The notes under the pieces were generated by a model. The model saw only the letters and a list, made by a program, of their open reading frames with translations, was not told the DNA's origin and did no database searches. Positions 45,242 to 53,790 of a stretch of 64,000 nt of DNA are shown one piece after another. The stretch spans positions 19,947 through 83,946 of the forward strand of contig JAYKGV010000016.1 in NCBI GenBank assembly GCA_035285595.1. Reading direction: 5' to 3'. The first letter of the stretch is position 1. The number at the start of each line of letters is the position of its first letter. Origin of the DNA: Candidatus Sericytochromatia bacterium. Its GTDB lineage: Bacteria; Cyanobacteriota; Sericytochromatia; S15B-MN24; VGJW01. The position numbers were made by a program, and so were the translations under genes.

Positions 45242-47334
45242 CTGCGCCGCGCCTCACGGTGCTGCTGTCCGCCCGTGGTGGGACCGGTCGCAGCATTCTT
45301 GCGGGAAACCTGGCCCTCGCCTTGTTGCGTCGGGGGCGTCAGGCCGTCTGGTTGATCGATGGCGACGAGGTCTCTGGCGGTTTCCAGGCAGAGGCCTTCG
45401 ATTTGCAGGCGGGCCACGCGCACTGGGGGGAGTCCCTGCGTCACGGGACGCCCTTTTCCGAGACCCTCGTGCGTCACGGCTCGGGTTTGGACCTGTTGCC
45501 GGCACCGCCCATGGGGTGGGGCCAAACCTTGGACCCGGCTGCTCTTGCGGCCCGCCAGCGCGAGTGTGCCGCAGCTCACGTGGTACTGGATCTTACAGGT
45601 CCGGGCCTGCTGGCCGAGTCTGCCCTTGGCTGGCTGGATCTTGCTTCTTCCGTGGTGCTCGTGGTGCCGCCGGACATCCCGTCCCTGAGCGCGACACGGA
45701 ATCTGCTCGACCATTTGAGGTCCCAGCATGTGGCGCTTGATCGCGTCTTGCTGGTCGTCAATCGTGTGGGCGTCGTGCAGGATGTCACTCCGCGCGACGT
45801 GGCGTTCGAACTGGGGCTTGACCTCGTGGCCGCAGTGCCGTTCGACCCTGCCGTCGTGGCCTCGCTCAACCGTGGCGTCCCCTTATTGGCTCCGGCGTCG
45901 CCCCCGGCGACCGCCTTCGGCAAGGCCGTGCTCGGGGTGGCCCAGGCCGTGCAGGCTTCTCCGGTCGTGGACTGGGTTCCGCTGGCCGCCCGGCTTGCGC
46001 GACGCGCGGAGGGGACAACCCCATCCACGTCGGGAGATTCCACGGCCCTCGTCCCCATTCAGGTCGCGTGGAGCGAGGGGCACGCCGAGGTACGGCAGCG
46101 CCTCCACCGTTTGCTGGTGGAAGAACTCAAGCGATTGGAGCTTGGGCTGGAGCGTCTCGTGGATTCCCAGCATCGCCTGGAGGTCAGGCGGCAAGTCCAG
46201 CGTACGGTGGCCGAGCTCATAGAGGACATGCCCGAGACGGCGGCGATGGGTCGAGACGAGCGCACGGCCCTCGCGCGTGACGTGACGGACGAGGCCGTGG
46301 GGTATGGTCCGTTGGAGCGTTATCTGGCGGATCCGGCCATCAGCGAGATCATGGTCAACGGTCCCTCGCGCATCTTCGTCGAGCGGGAAGGTCGCCTGCA
46401 GTTGATGCCCGACTCCTTCACGGACGAGACGCAATTGCGGGTGGTGATCGATCGTATCGTGGCCCCGCTGGGTCGAAGAGTCGACGAGTCGAGCCCGATG
46501 TGCGATGCCCGATTGCCCGATGGTAGTCGCGTGAATGTCATCATCCCGCCCTTGGCTCTGCGCGGTGCCACGATCACCATCCGCAAATTCCCGCACCGCA
46601 GGATGACCATGGACCATTTGGTCCAGTTTGGTTCCTTGACTCCCGAGATGGCCGATTTCCTGCGACAGTGCGTGCGTGCCCGGTTGAACGTGTTCATCAG
46701 CGGGGGAACGGGCTCGGGCAAGACGACCCTGCTCAACGTGCTGTCGTCTTTCATTCCGGAAGAAGAGCGCATCGTGACCATCGAGGATGCCGCCGAGTTG
46801 CAGCTGGCCCAGACCCATGTGATTCCGCTCGAGGCCCGGCCGCCCAATCTTGAGGGTGTGGGGGCCGTGCCCATCAGGGATCTGGTCCGTAACTCGCTGC
46901 GCATGCGACCGGATCGGATCGTGGTGGGTGAGGTCAGAGGCGGCGAGGCGCTCGACATGCTGCAGGCGATGAACACGGGACATGATGGTTCTCTGGCCAC
47001 CGGCCACGCCAACTCCCCCCGGGACGCCATGGCCCGCATCGAGACCATGGTGCTGATGGCGGGGATGGATCTTCCTGTAAGGGCCATCCGCGAGCAGATC
47101 GCCAGCGCCCTGCATGTCGTCGTGCAGGTCTCACGGCTTTCGGATGGGTCGCGCAAGATCACCCGCATCACCGAAGTCACGGGCATGGAGGGTGAGACCC
47201 TGACCTTGCAGGATCTCTATTCGTTCGAGCAGACGGGAGTGGATGCCAAGGGCCGTGTCATGGGAGCCTTCCGTGCCAGTGGCCTGAGGCCCCGTTTCGC
47301 CGAGGTCTTCGAACGGGCCGGAGTCGGGCACTGA
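45238..47334 (+). CDS. cpaF: Fused CpaE/TadZ-like (ParA/MinD-type) domain + CpaF/TadA pilus-assembly ATPase in one reading frame (698 aa)
   Basis: N-terminal ~280 aa: LTVLLSARGGTGRSILAGNLALALLRRGRQAVWLIDGDEV... is a deviant-Walker-A MinD/ParA fold, as in CpaE. From ~aa 300: LKRLELGLERLVD...RIFVEREGRL...VFISGGTGSGKTTLLNVLSSFIPEEERIVTIEDAAELQL...RMRPDRIVVGEVRGGEALDMLQAMNTGHDGSLATGHANS are the TadA/VirB11 Walker A/B, Asp and His boxes. There is no stop codon between the two parts. ATG overlaps the cpaC stop (ATGA). Confidence 0.8.
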   Translation: MTAPRLTVLLSARGGTGRSILAGNLALALLRRGRQAVWLIDGDEVSGGFQAEAFDLQAGHAHWGESLRHGTPFSETLVRHGSGLDLLPAPPMGWGQTLDPAALAARQRECAAAHVVLDLTGPGLLAESALGWLDLASSVVLVVPPDIPSLSATRNLLDHLRSQHVALDRVLLVVNRVGVVQDVTPRDVAFELGLDLVAAVPFDPAVVASLNRGVPLLAPASPPATAFGKAVLGVAQAVQASPVVDWVPLAARLARRAEGTTPSTSGDSTALVPIQVAWSEGHAEVRQRLHRLLVEELKRLELGLERLVDSQHRLEVRRQVQRTVAELIEDMPETAAMGRDERTALARDVTDEAVGYGPLERYLADPAISEIMVNGPSRIFVEREGRLQLMPDSFTDETQLRVVIDRIVAPLGRRVDESSPMCDARLPDGSRVNVIIPPLALRGATITIRKFPHRRMTMDHLVQFGSLTPEMADFLRQCVRARLNVFISGGTGSGKTTLLNVLSSFIPEEERIVTIEDAAELQLAQTHVIPLEARPPNLEGVGAVPIRDLVRNSLRMRPDRIVVGEVRGGEALDMLQAMNTGHDGSLATGHANSPRDAMARIETMVLMAGMDLPVRAIREQIASALHVVVQVSRLSDGSRKITRITEVTGMEGETLTLQDLYSFEQTGVDAKGRVMGAFRASGLRPRFAEVFERAGVGH

Positions 47335-48200
47335 TGGATCCGCGCCTGCTGTTCGTTTTCCTGCTGGCTTTCCTCTCGGCCGGCCTTTTGGCCGTGGTGG
47401 TGGCGCGTCGTTATGAGGCCCGCCTGGGTCGATGGCTGGAGGGTTATCTGGCGCGTACGCGCAAGGCCCTCGCACGCACGCGCAATCCCTTGTCGACCGA
47501 GCGTTTCGCTCGCCAGCAGGCTGGTCTCGTCGGCCTCTGCGGCCTGCTGGGTTTCGTGCTGGGGGAGGGTTTGGCGAGCCGGGTCTTTCTGGCGCTGCTG
47601 GCTGCGGGGGTCGTCTGGAGCTTGTCGAATCGTTGGTTGGATGTGCAGTGGCAAAGGTATGTCAAGGAATTTGAGGAACAACTGCCCGATGCCGTGGGTG
47701 TCCTGGCCAATGCCGTCCGCTCGGGATTTTCGGTCCAGCAGGCCCTGGATCTCGTGACACAGGAGTTCGCCGATCCCATGGGAGCCGAGGTCCGCGAGGT
47801 CATGCAGGAGCTGACCATGGGCGTGCCTTTCGATCAGGCGGTCCAGAGCTGGTCCGATCGCATGAATCACGATGACCTCGACATCGTGTGCACGGCGCTT
47901 GTCATCCAGCGGCAGACGGGCGGCAATTTGGGCGAGATCCTGGACAACCTGGCCGGAACGATGCGGGAGCGTCGGCGCATCCAGGGGCAGATCCGCACCT
48001 TGACCACCCAGGGACGATTCTCGGGTTCGATCCTCTCCTTCCTGCCCGTAGGACTCTACTTTATCCTCCTGCTGATCGCGCCTGATCGCATGGGTGTGCT
48101 GTTCACCGAGCCTCTGGGGTGGGCGCTCGTGCTGATCTGCGTGGTGATGGTGACCACGGGCAGCCTCGTCGTGCGCAAGATCGTGGCCTTGGACGTCTGA
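47334..48200 (+). CDS. tadB: Flp pilus assembly inner-membrane protein TadB (T2SS-F domain)
   Basis: LPDAVGVLANAVRSGFSVQQALDLV...QRQTGGNLGEILDNLAGTMRERRRIQGQIRTLT is the GspF-like domain. TGATG overlap with the upstream gene. Confidence 0.8.
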   Translation: MDPRLLFVFLLAFLSAGLLAVVVARRYEARLGRWLEGYLARTRKALARTRNPLSTERFARQQAGLVGLCGLLGFVLGEGLASRVFLALLAAGVVWSLSNRWLDVQWQRYVKEFEEQLPDAVGVLANAVRSGFSVQQALDLVTQEFADPMGAEVREVMQELTMGVPFDQAVQSWSDRMNHDDLDIVCTALVIQRQTGGNLGEILDNLAGTMRERRRIQGQIRTLTTQGRFSGSILSFLPVGLYFILLLIAPDRMGVLFTEPLGWALVLICVVMVTTGSLVVRKIVALDV

Positions 48201-49120
48201 TGCCTGTCGCCCTGCTTTTCCTGTTGATTTTCGTGGCGGTCTTCGGGGCCACCCTTCTGGGCGTAGTGGCCTTTTCGAAGCCCCAGGCCCGATCTCAGGT
48301 GCAGGCGCGCCTCAAGCGGGTGGCTCGGCCTGGCGCTGGCATGTCGCAGCGTCCTCCGCGCGCAAAGACGGCGCCCTTGCGGGTGCTGGAGGACAGGCTC
48401 AAGCCGTTTGCGGTCGAGCGCTTGTCCGAAGAGCGGATGGCGGCCTTGCAGGCACGGCTCCTGATGGCCGGGGATGATCACACCACCCCGGCGCGGTTCG
48501 TGGCTCGGCAGTGGATCTTTGCGGTGCTTCTTCCTGTGGTGTTCCTGCTGGTGAACGGATCGGTCCTCGAGTTGCCCCAGACCGGAGTTGGGGTGGGGCT
48601 GGTGCTCGCCGGCGTGGCAGGATATAGATTGCCAGCGTCGCGTCTCGACCAGGCCATCGAGCTTCGGCAGCAAGCTATCCTGCGGCAACTGCCGACCACC
48701 TTGGACTTGTTGACCACTTGTGTAGAGGCCGGCATGTCCCTGACGGCGGCGATGCAAAAGATCAGCGAACGCATGCGTCCCCATCCCTTGCGGGAGGAGA
48801 TCGAGAAGACCCTGCGCCAGATGCAGTTGGGGCGCAGCAGAGGGGATGCGCTGCGTGAGCTCGGTCGCCGCGTCGGCCTGAAGGAACTCAACAGCGTGGC
48901 CATCGCGATGGTCCAGGCCGAGACGATGGGGGCTTCGATTGCCCGCACCCTGCGAATTCAGAGCGGCATCATCCGCGAGGCCCGCTGGCAGAGAGCCCAA
49001 GAGCAGGCTCAGAAGGCCCCGCTCAAGCTGGTCTTCCCCATCACCTTCCTGATCTTTCCGGTCATCTTCATCATCATCTTCGGTCCGCTCGTCCTGGGCA
49101 TCCTGACGGGGAAGGCCTAG
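48200..49120 (+). CDS. tadC: Flp pilus assembly inner-membrane protein TadC (T2SS-F domain)
   Basis: LPTTLDLLTTCVEAGMSLTAAMQKISERM...RQMQLGRSRGDALRELGRRVGLKEL...QAETMGASIARTL is the GspF-like domain. TGATG overlap with tadB. Confidence 0.8.
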   Translation: MPVALLFLLIFVAVFGATLLGVVAFSKPQARSQVQARLKRVARPGAGMSQRPPRAKTAPLRVLEDRLKPFAVERLSEERMAALQARLLMAGDDHTTPARFVARQWIFAVLLPVVFLLVNGSVLELPQTGVGVGLVLAGVAGYRLPASRLDQAIELRQQAILRQLPTTLDLLTTCVEAGMSLTAAMQKISERMRPHPLREEIEKTLRQMQLGRSRGDALRELGRRVGLKELNSVAIAMVQAETMGASIARTLRIQSGIIREARWQRAQEQAQKAPLKLVFPITFLIFPVIFIIIFGPLVLGILTGKA

Positions 49121-49121
49121 C

Positions 49122-49463
49122 ATGCCCAGCTTGTGGCTGGAGGATCGCCTCGTGGTGGCCCGGCTCGAGGAAGCCCGTACGCCGTTGGCGCGATTGCGAG
49201 GGTTGGGCCTCAGGCAGCGCCTCGAATTCGATCAAGGCCTGCTGCTGGTGCCGTGCAACAGCATTCACACCTTCTGGCCGTCCTTTCCGCTGGACGTGTT
49301 GTTCCTTTCCCGCGACTTCCGTATCCTTAGGATTCTTCATGACCTTCCACCGCGACGACTGTCCCCCGTGGTCTGGCGTTCCCGGCAGGTCTTGGAATTG
49401 ACTGCCGGAAGGGCTCGGCAACTCGGGCTCGAGGAGGACATGACGCTGAGGTGGGAGCCTTGA
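49122..49463 (+). CDS. DUF192 (COG1430) family protein
   Basis: GLRQRLEFDQGLLLVPCNSIHTFWPSFPLDVLFLSRDFRIL matches the DUF192 core (GL..R...G.LF...IHT.GM.FPLDV.F.D). Confidence 0.6.
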   Translation: MPSLWLEDRLVVARLEEARTPLARLRGLGLRQRLEFDQGLLLVPCNSIHTFWPSFPLDVLFLSRDFRILRILHDLPPRRLSPVVWRSRQVLELTAGRARQLGLEEDMTLRWEP

Positions 49464-51049
49464 GGTACCGCGGAACAGTCGTTGTGGCCGTGGCGGCCGC
49501 CGCAGGCCTCGGACTGTCCCAGGTGGCCGCGGCCCGGAACATCGACCCGGCGTCGGCCGGGGCATACCTTATAGAACGTGGTTTCCTGCCAGGAGTCTGG
49601 GGAGGCAGCGCTTCCAATCTTGCACGAGTATCTCGCTATGACGCGGCGTGGATTCTGGCTGCGTTCCTGGATCCTGCGGATCACGCGTTCATGGTGACGG
49701 CGTGGGCCGATGTCCCACCTGGTTTCTGGGCCTTGTCAGCGGTCAACCGGGTGACGGCTCGTGACCTGATGGAGGCCGATGGGGCGAATTTTTCCGGGAC
49801 GTCGGCCATCTCCCGGGGGGCTTTCATGGTGGCCCTCGACAAGGTCCTGCGTCTCAGGGCCGCTCCGTTGCCCGCGCCGCCCGAACGCCGCCTGGTCCTG
49901 ACGGATATCAAGGGCTTCTCCGGACAAGACGCGTTGCAGCGGGCTGCCAATGATTGGCTGCTGCTGGACAGGGGGGGGGCGTTCCGACCGCAGGAATATC
50001 TGACCCGCCAAGATGCGGTGTCATGGGTCTACAAGGCGGCGGCTCTGGTGGATCCGGGAGTGGCGGCGCGTCTGCTGGCTTACCTGCGACCTTCTCCGAC
50101 GCCGGTGCCGTCTGAGACTGAGAGCCTGCTGCCGACGCCTGGTCCCGGCTCGACGATGGCACCCCCTCCCACGCCCGTGCCAACACCTCGTTTCTCTCCC
50201 ACACCGGGCCCCTCAGTGACGTCGTTGCCCCGTCCGACCCCCGCGCCCCGCACGACTCCCGCGTGGTCTCCACGCGAAACGCCCCCCCCGTGGTTGATCA
50301 TGCCTTCCTGGGATCCGACGCCCGTCGTCGCTCTTCCCACCCCTTCGCCGGTCCCGACTGCCGTCGCGCCGCTGCCCACCCCCGTACCACAGGACAAGCC
50401 ACAGGGGGTGTCTGCCTCATCGCGCCCGGGATGGCGCTTGCCCAGTTTGGACTGGAGTCGTAGGCAGGGTGCGGCCTGGGTTGTCAGTGGCTTGGCGGTG
50501 GGGGCCGGTGATGGTCGAACCTTCCGCGACTTGAGCTTCTACTTGCCTGGCTCGGTCGATGCCGGTCTCTCACTCGAGGTCCCCGGCTGGGCCCTCGAAG
50601 CCAGGGCGCTCGGGCGCTGGTTTCCCGGTGCCGCGGCCGGCCTCGTCCAGTCGGAGGTCTCGGCGGATGCCTTCTGGTTGCCGCAGGCAGCCGCGTCGGT
50701 TCGTTCAGGGGTCGGCCTCGGACTCCAGCTGGGCTTGCAGGTGCCGACGGGCACGACCGATCCGGAGGCCGGGAGAACCTTCGTAGGTGCCGGTCCGTCG
50801 GCCGTGGTCAGGATGCCTCTGGGGCCCTTGCAGGCGTGGGCTTTGGCCCGAAGCCAAGTTGGGCTTGCCCTGTCGACTTCGGTCGGTCCCGGATTCGGAA
50901 TTGGCGGCGAACTTGGAGCGCGGTGGCCTTCCCCCTTGGGGCTGCCGGTGGATCCCGTGTTGTCGTGGCGACTGCAGGGTGTGTTGCGTTCCAGCGGCTC
51001 TCAGGATTGGGTCCAAGGGGTGGGTCTTGGTGTGGGCAGGAGTTTCTGA
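49451..51049 (+). CDS. SLH-domain protein with Pro/Thr-rich linker and C-terminal Gly/Ala-rich (beta-barrel-like) domain: candidate SLH-anchored outer-membrane protein
   Basis: Signal peptide (RYRGTVVVAVAAAAGLGLSQVAAA). Two SLH-like segments (YDAAWILAAFLDP...; FSGTSAISRGAFMVALDKVL; QEYLTRQDAVSWVYKAA). Linker PSPTPVPSETESLLPTPGPG...PTPVPQ. The C-terminus is rich in alternating G/A/S/V with terminal ...GVGLGVGRSF. GTG start. Confidence 0.65.
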   Translation: MGALRYRGTVVVAVAAAAGLGLSQVAAARNIDPASAGAYLIERGFLPGVWGGSASNLARVSRYDAAWILAAFLDPADHAFMVTAWADVPPGFWALSAVNRVTARDLMEADGANFSGTSAISRGAFMVALDKVLRLRAAPLPAPPERRLVLTDIKGFSGQDALQRAANDWLLLDRGGAFRPQEYLTRQDAVSWVYKAAALVDPGVAARLLAYLRPSPTPVPSETESLLPTPGPGSTMAPPPTPVPTPRFSPTPGPSVTSLPRPTPAPRTTPAWSPRETPPPWLIMPSWDPTPVVALPTPSPVPTAVAPLPTPVPQDKPQGVSASSRPGWRLPSLDWSRRQGAAWVVSGLAVGAGDGRTFRDLSFYLPGSVDAGLSLEVPGWALEARALGRWFPGAAAGLVQSEVSADAFWLPQAAASVRSGVGLGLQLGLQVPTGTTDPEAGRTFVGAGPSAVVRMPLGPLQAWALARSQVGLALSTSVGPGFGIGGELGARWPSPLGLPVDPVLSWRLQGVLRSSGSQDWVQGVGLGVGRSF

Positions 51050-51792
51050 TGGTTTTTCTACCGTGGACGGTTGCGGGCCTGGTGGTCGCACTTGCTTTCG
51101 GGGCGCCGCCACTTGTGGAGGGACGCCTGCGAGAAGGTCTGGCCGCTGGCGTGGCCGACGTGGGTCTGAAGGTGGGGAAGGTGGCTTGGACCCCGCGTGC
51201 CGCGACGCACGACACGTGGGGCGTGGTGGGTGACATGGAGGGTGATTTCCTGATGCCAGCCACAACGTCGGTGCCGCCCCTGGCTTGGGAACTTCGAGGC
51301 ATTCGGCTGGACATGGCCTCTATCTTCAGAGAACCTGCACTCGCCCAACCTGCGAGGTTACGATTTCAGATCAGACTCCGTGATGCGGAGGTTTTGCCGT
51401 TCCTGCGTGCCGAGGCCTCGTCCATGCTCAAGCAACTGCCTGCGGCGCTGCCCATGTCGCCCGACATCCGCATCAAGGATTTCACGCTTGCGGAAGGTCG
51501 CGTGCAACTGCAGATTTCGGCGACAATCCCGCTGGCTCCGGTGGCCCTGCCGGTACAAATTGGCCTGACGCCTGTCCTGTCCCCCGAGGGCCGGTTGGGC
51601 CTCGAGAACGTCTCCGTCCGCATGATGGGGCAGGAGTTGGCCCGTAATCTGCCCTTGCCCAAGCTCGTCGACGTAGCGTCCTTGCTGCCTGCCGAAATCA
51701 GTGAGCCACGGGTCGAGGAGTTCGTCATCGCCGACGGTTGGCTGAAGCTGACCGCCACAGCCCTGGTCCGGGATCTGCCTCGCAGTCCCTGA
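51049..51792 (+). CDS. Hypothetical protein (247 aa) with N-terminal TM/signal segment
   Basis: ATG overlaps the upstream stop (TGATG). MVFLPWTVAGLVVALAFGAPPLV is hydrophobic. No family recognised. Confidence 0.45.
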   Translation: MVFLPWTVAGLVVALAFGAPPLVEGRLREGLAAGVADVGLKVGKVAWTPRAATHDTWGVVGDMEGDFLMPATTSVPPLAWELRGIRLDMASIFREPALAQPARLRFQIRLRDAEVLPFLRAEASSMLKQLPAALPMSPDIRIKDFTLAEGRVQLQISATIPLAPVALPVQIGLTPVLSPEGRLGLENVSVRMMGQELARNLPLPKLVDVASLLPAEISEPRVEEFVIADGWLKLTATALVRDLPRSP

Positions 51793-51839
51793 GCCTGCGG
51801 GCGAATCTTGTGTGCGTCCACCTTTCCGGGCAGTGTGGG

Positions 51840-52427
51840 GTGCGTCACAGGAGGGGACCATTCTTGGGGATCCCGGGATTGTGGGTTGAGGGAAACGAGG
51901 CCCTGCCGTTGCGCGGTGCGGTCCTGCTGGTGGCCAACCATCGCAGCCCCTTGGACGTGTTGTGGCTGTCTCTCGCCAGCCCTCGGCCCGTGCATGTGGT
52001 GACGGCCGCATGGTTGCGTCTCTTCGGCTTGGGTTTATGGGGGCCCGGGATCGGGCTGCACCCTCTTCCGTGGCACGCTCGTCGGTCGGATCTGGTGCAT
52101 CTTGTCCGGCCGATGTGGGACCGAGGAGAGGTCGTTCTGGTGTTTCCGGAGGGCATGAGCGGGGTCATGTGGCCCGCGCCGAAGGGCGGCATGGGGCTTT
52201 GTCGCCTCGGAGCCGGTGCCTTGGTTCGCGAGGCCCGTCGCTCCTCTCATGGTTTGACGGTCGTGGTGGCCTACGTGCAGGCTCAGTGGTTGTCCTGTGG
52301 ACTGGCCTTGCCACCGGTGAGGATCGGCTTCAAGCGGCTCGGACCCTTGCCCGTCGCCCGGGATCGGGAAGACGACGATCATGTGGTCACTGTCCTGAAG
52401 CAGCAGATTCTCTCCTGCTGCGCGTGA
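51840..52427 (+). CDS. Lysophospholipid (1-acyl-glycerol-3-phosphate) acyltransferase-like protein (PlsC family)
   Basis: AVLLVANHRSPLDVL (HX4D-type block I) and VLVFPEGMSG (block III, FPEG). The start is uncertain between the GTG at 51840 and the TTG at 51864, the latter preceded by AGGAGG. Confidence 0.6.
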   Translation: MRHRRGPFLGIPGLWVEGNEALPLRGAVLLVANHRSPLDVLWLSLASPRPVHVVTAAWLRLFGLGLWGPGIGLHPLPWHARRSDLVHLVRPMWDRGEVVLVFPEGMSGVMWPAPKGGMGLCRLGAGALVREARRSSHGLTVVVAYVQAQWLSCGLALPPVRIGFKRLGPLPVARDREDDDHVVTVLKQQILSCCA

Positions 52428-52439
52428 CAGTCGATCTGT

Positions 52440-53732
52440 CTACAGGCGCCAGGTCGACTTGCTGCCGTCTGGACGAGTCAAGACGGGGTTGCCTTCCGCA
52501 TCGCTCGAGATGTCCGCAAGCTTGCCGCCGGGGACCGGGGCACCTTGATCATCCACCAGCACGACCTCGCCGGTCAGTTCGCTCGTGCCCGGCAAGTTGC
52601 GGGCCAACAGCGCCGCGTAGTCGTAGCGCATCACGACCTTGAAGCCATAGTCACCGGCCGCAGGGACCTGCAGGAACGTGAGCTGTGACTGGGCGCCTTG
52701 AAGATCGAACTCGAGGGTTTCCCGGATCTCCCCGGGGGTTCCGGTCTGGTTATCTGCCGCCGTCGGCGTGCAACCGGATCCGGCTGGGCAATTCTTGAGC
52801 CAGCCGCCGATCGTCAAGACCTTCTTGACAAGGTCGGTCCCGGCCGCCAGATCGAAGGCCAGCGTTTTGCCTTGGGCACCCGGCTGGGACAGGCTGCCCG
52901 TGACGGCGACCCTCCCGGGCAGCTGTACTTCTCGCTGATCCTGCAGGAAGGGCACCTTGTAGGCGGCGAAGGCCGATTGATCCACCGTCACGTCCACGAC
53001 CGTGCTCCCACCCTGATTCAGCACGGTACGCTCGGTCTTGCGGAGGCTCCGCGAAGGCGAAGCGTGAACGCCAAGGATCACGGAGGGCAAGGCCGTTTGG
53101 CCGGCGATCCATCCCTCTCCGGCCCATTCGAGGCTATGGGTCCCCGTAACGGCCACCGACGAGGAGCCCAAGCCCACGCTGGCCGTCCGGTACTCCAACT
53201 CGTCGCGGTAGGTTTCATCATCGCCGATGATCCGTGAAAGGGTCTTGTCGGCTTCGAATCCGGTCCCCGTCAGCCGGGCCACGTGGGGGGTGCCCGCCAC
53301 GGGCAGGCCGTTCGCGGGGAGCGTGGCGTCCATCTCGAGGTCGCTGGGGAAGGGCAAGAAGCCGAAGCGGTCTTTTTCCGCATCCAAGGCCACGGCGGCA
53401 AGAACTCTGCGCGCCCCCGTCAGGTTGTTGCCCATGGGCATCGTGAAATTGTTCCCCATGGGCATCGTGAAATTGTTGCCCATGGGCATCGTGAAATTGT
53501 TCCCCATCGGCATCGTGAAGTTGGAGCCCGAGTTGACCTCCTGGAAGGCGGTAAAGGCCCTGTCCACGTTCTGGGTCTTGGTCAGCTTTTCAGGGCTGAT
53601 GTCCGGCAGGGTGTAGCTGACCGTCCTGAGCGGCGTCGTGAGGGACGATGCCGTCGAGGTTCCAGGAGCCTGATTACAGGCGGCCAAGACGACGGAGCCC
53701 AATCCGAACAGGATGCGGCGCGATGGGACCAT
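52440..53732 (-). CDS. Lipoprotein (430 aa) with internal NFTMPMGN octapeptide tandem repeat
   Basis: The ATG at 53732 is preceded by aaggaa. Signal peptide plus lipobox MVPSRRILFGLGSVVLAAC. Four consecutive NFTMPMGN repeats. Confidence 0.6.
   Translation of the reverse strand: MVPSRRILFGLGSVVLAACNQAPGTSTASSLTTPLRTVSYTLPDISPEKLTKTQNVDRAFTAFQEVNSGSNFTMPMGNNFTMPMGNNFTMPMGNNFTMPMGNNLTGARRVLAAVALDAEKDRFGFLPFPSDLEMDATLPANGLPVAGTPHVARLTGTGFEADKTLSRIIGDDETYRDELEYRTASVGLGSSSVAVTGTHSLEWAGEGWIAGQTALPSVILGVHASPSRSLRKTERTVLNQGGSTVVDVTVDQSAFAAYKVPFLQDQREVQLPGRVAVTGSLSQPGAQGKTLAFDLAAGTDLVKKVLTIGGWLKNCPAGSGCTPTAADNQTGTPGEIRETLEFDLQGAQSQLTFLQVPAAGDYGFKVVMRYDYAALLARNLPGTSELTGEVVLVDDQGAPVPGGKLADISSDAEGNPVLTRPDGSKSTWRL
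53413..53512. repeat. 24-bp tandem repeat x ~4 (encodes NFTMPMGN)
   Basis: Plus-strand cccatgggcatcgtgaaattgtt(c/g) repeated four times, with the fourth copy slightly degenerate. In-frame inside the lipoprotein gene. Confidence 0.8.
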
Positions 53733-53790
53733 CGGGGGGTTCCTTTCGGGGGATACGAGCTTTGTCTTCATCATACCCAAGGTGGAGGCC

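Noticed and set aside
52424-52445. Short hairpin gacag-tcgatc-ctgtc between the convergent acyltransferase and lipoprotein genes as a terminator
   Set aside because: Only a 5-bp stem and no U-tract, which is insufficient evidence.
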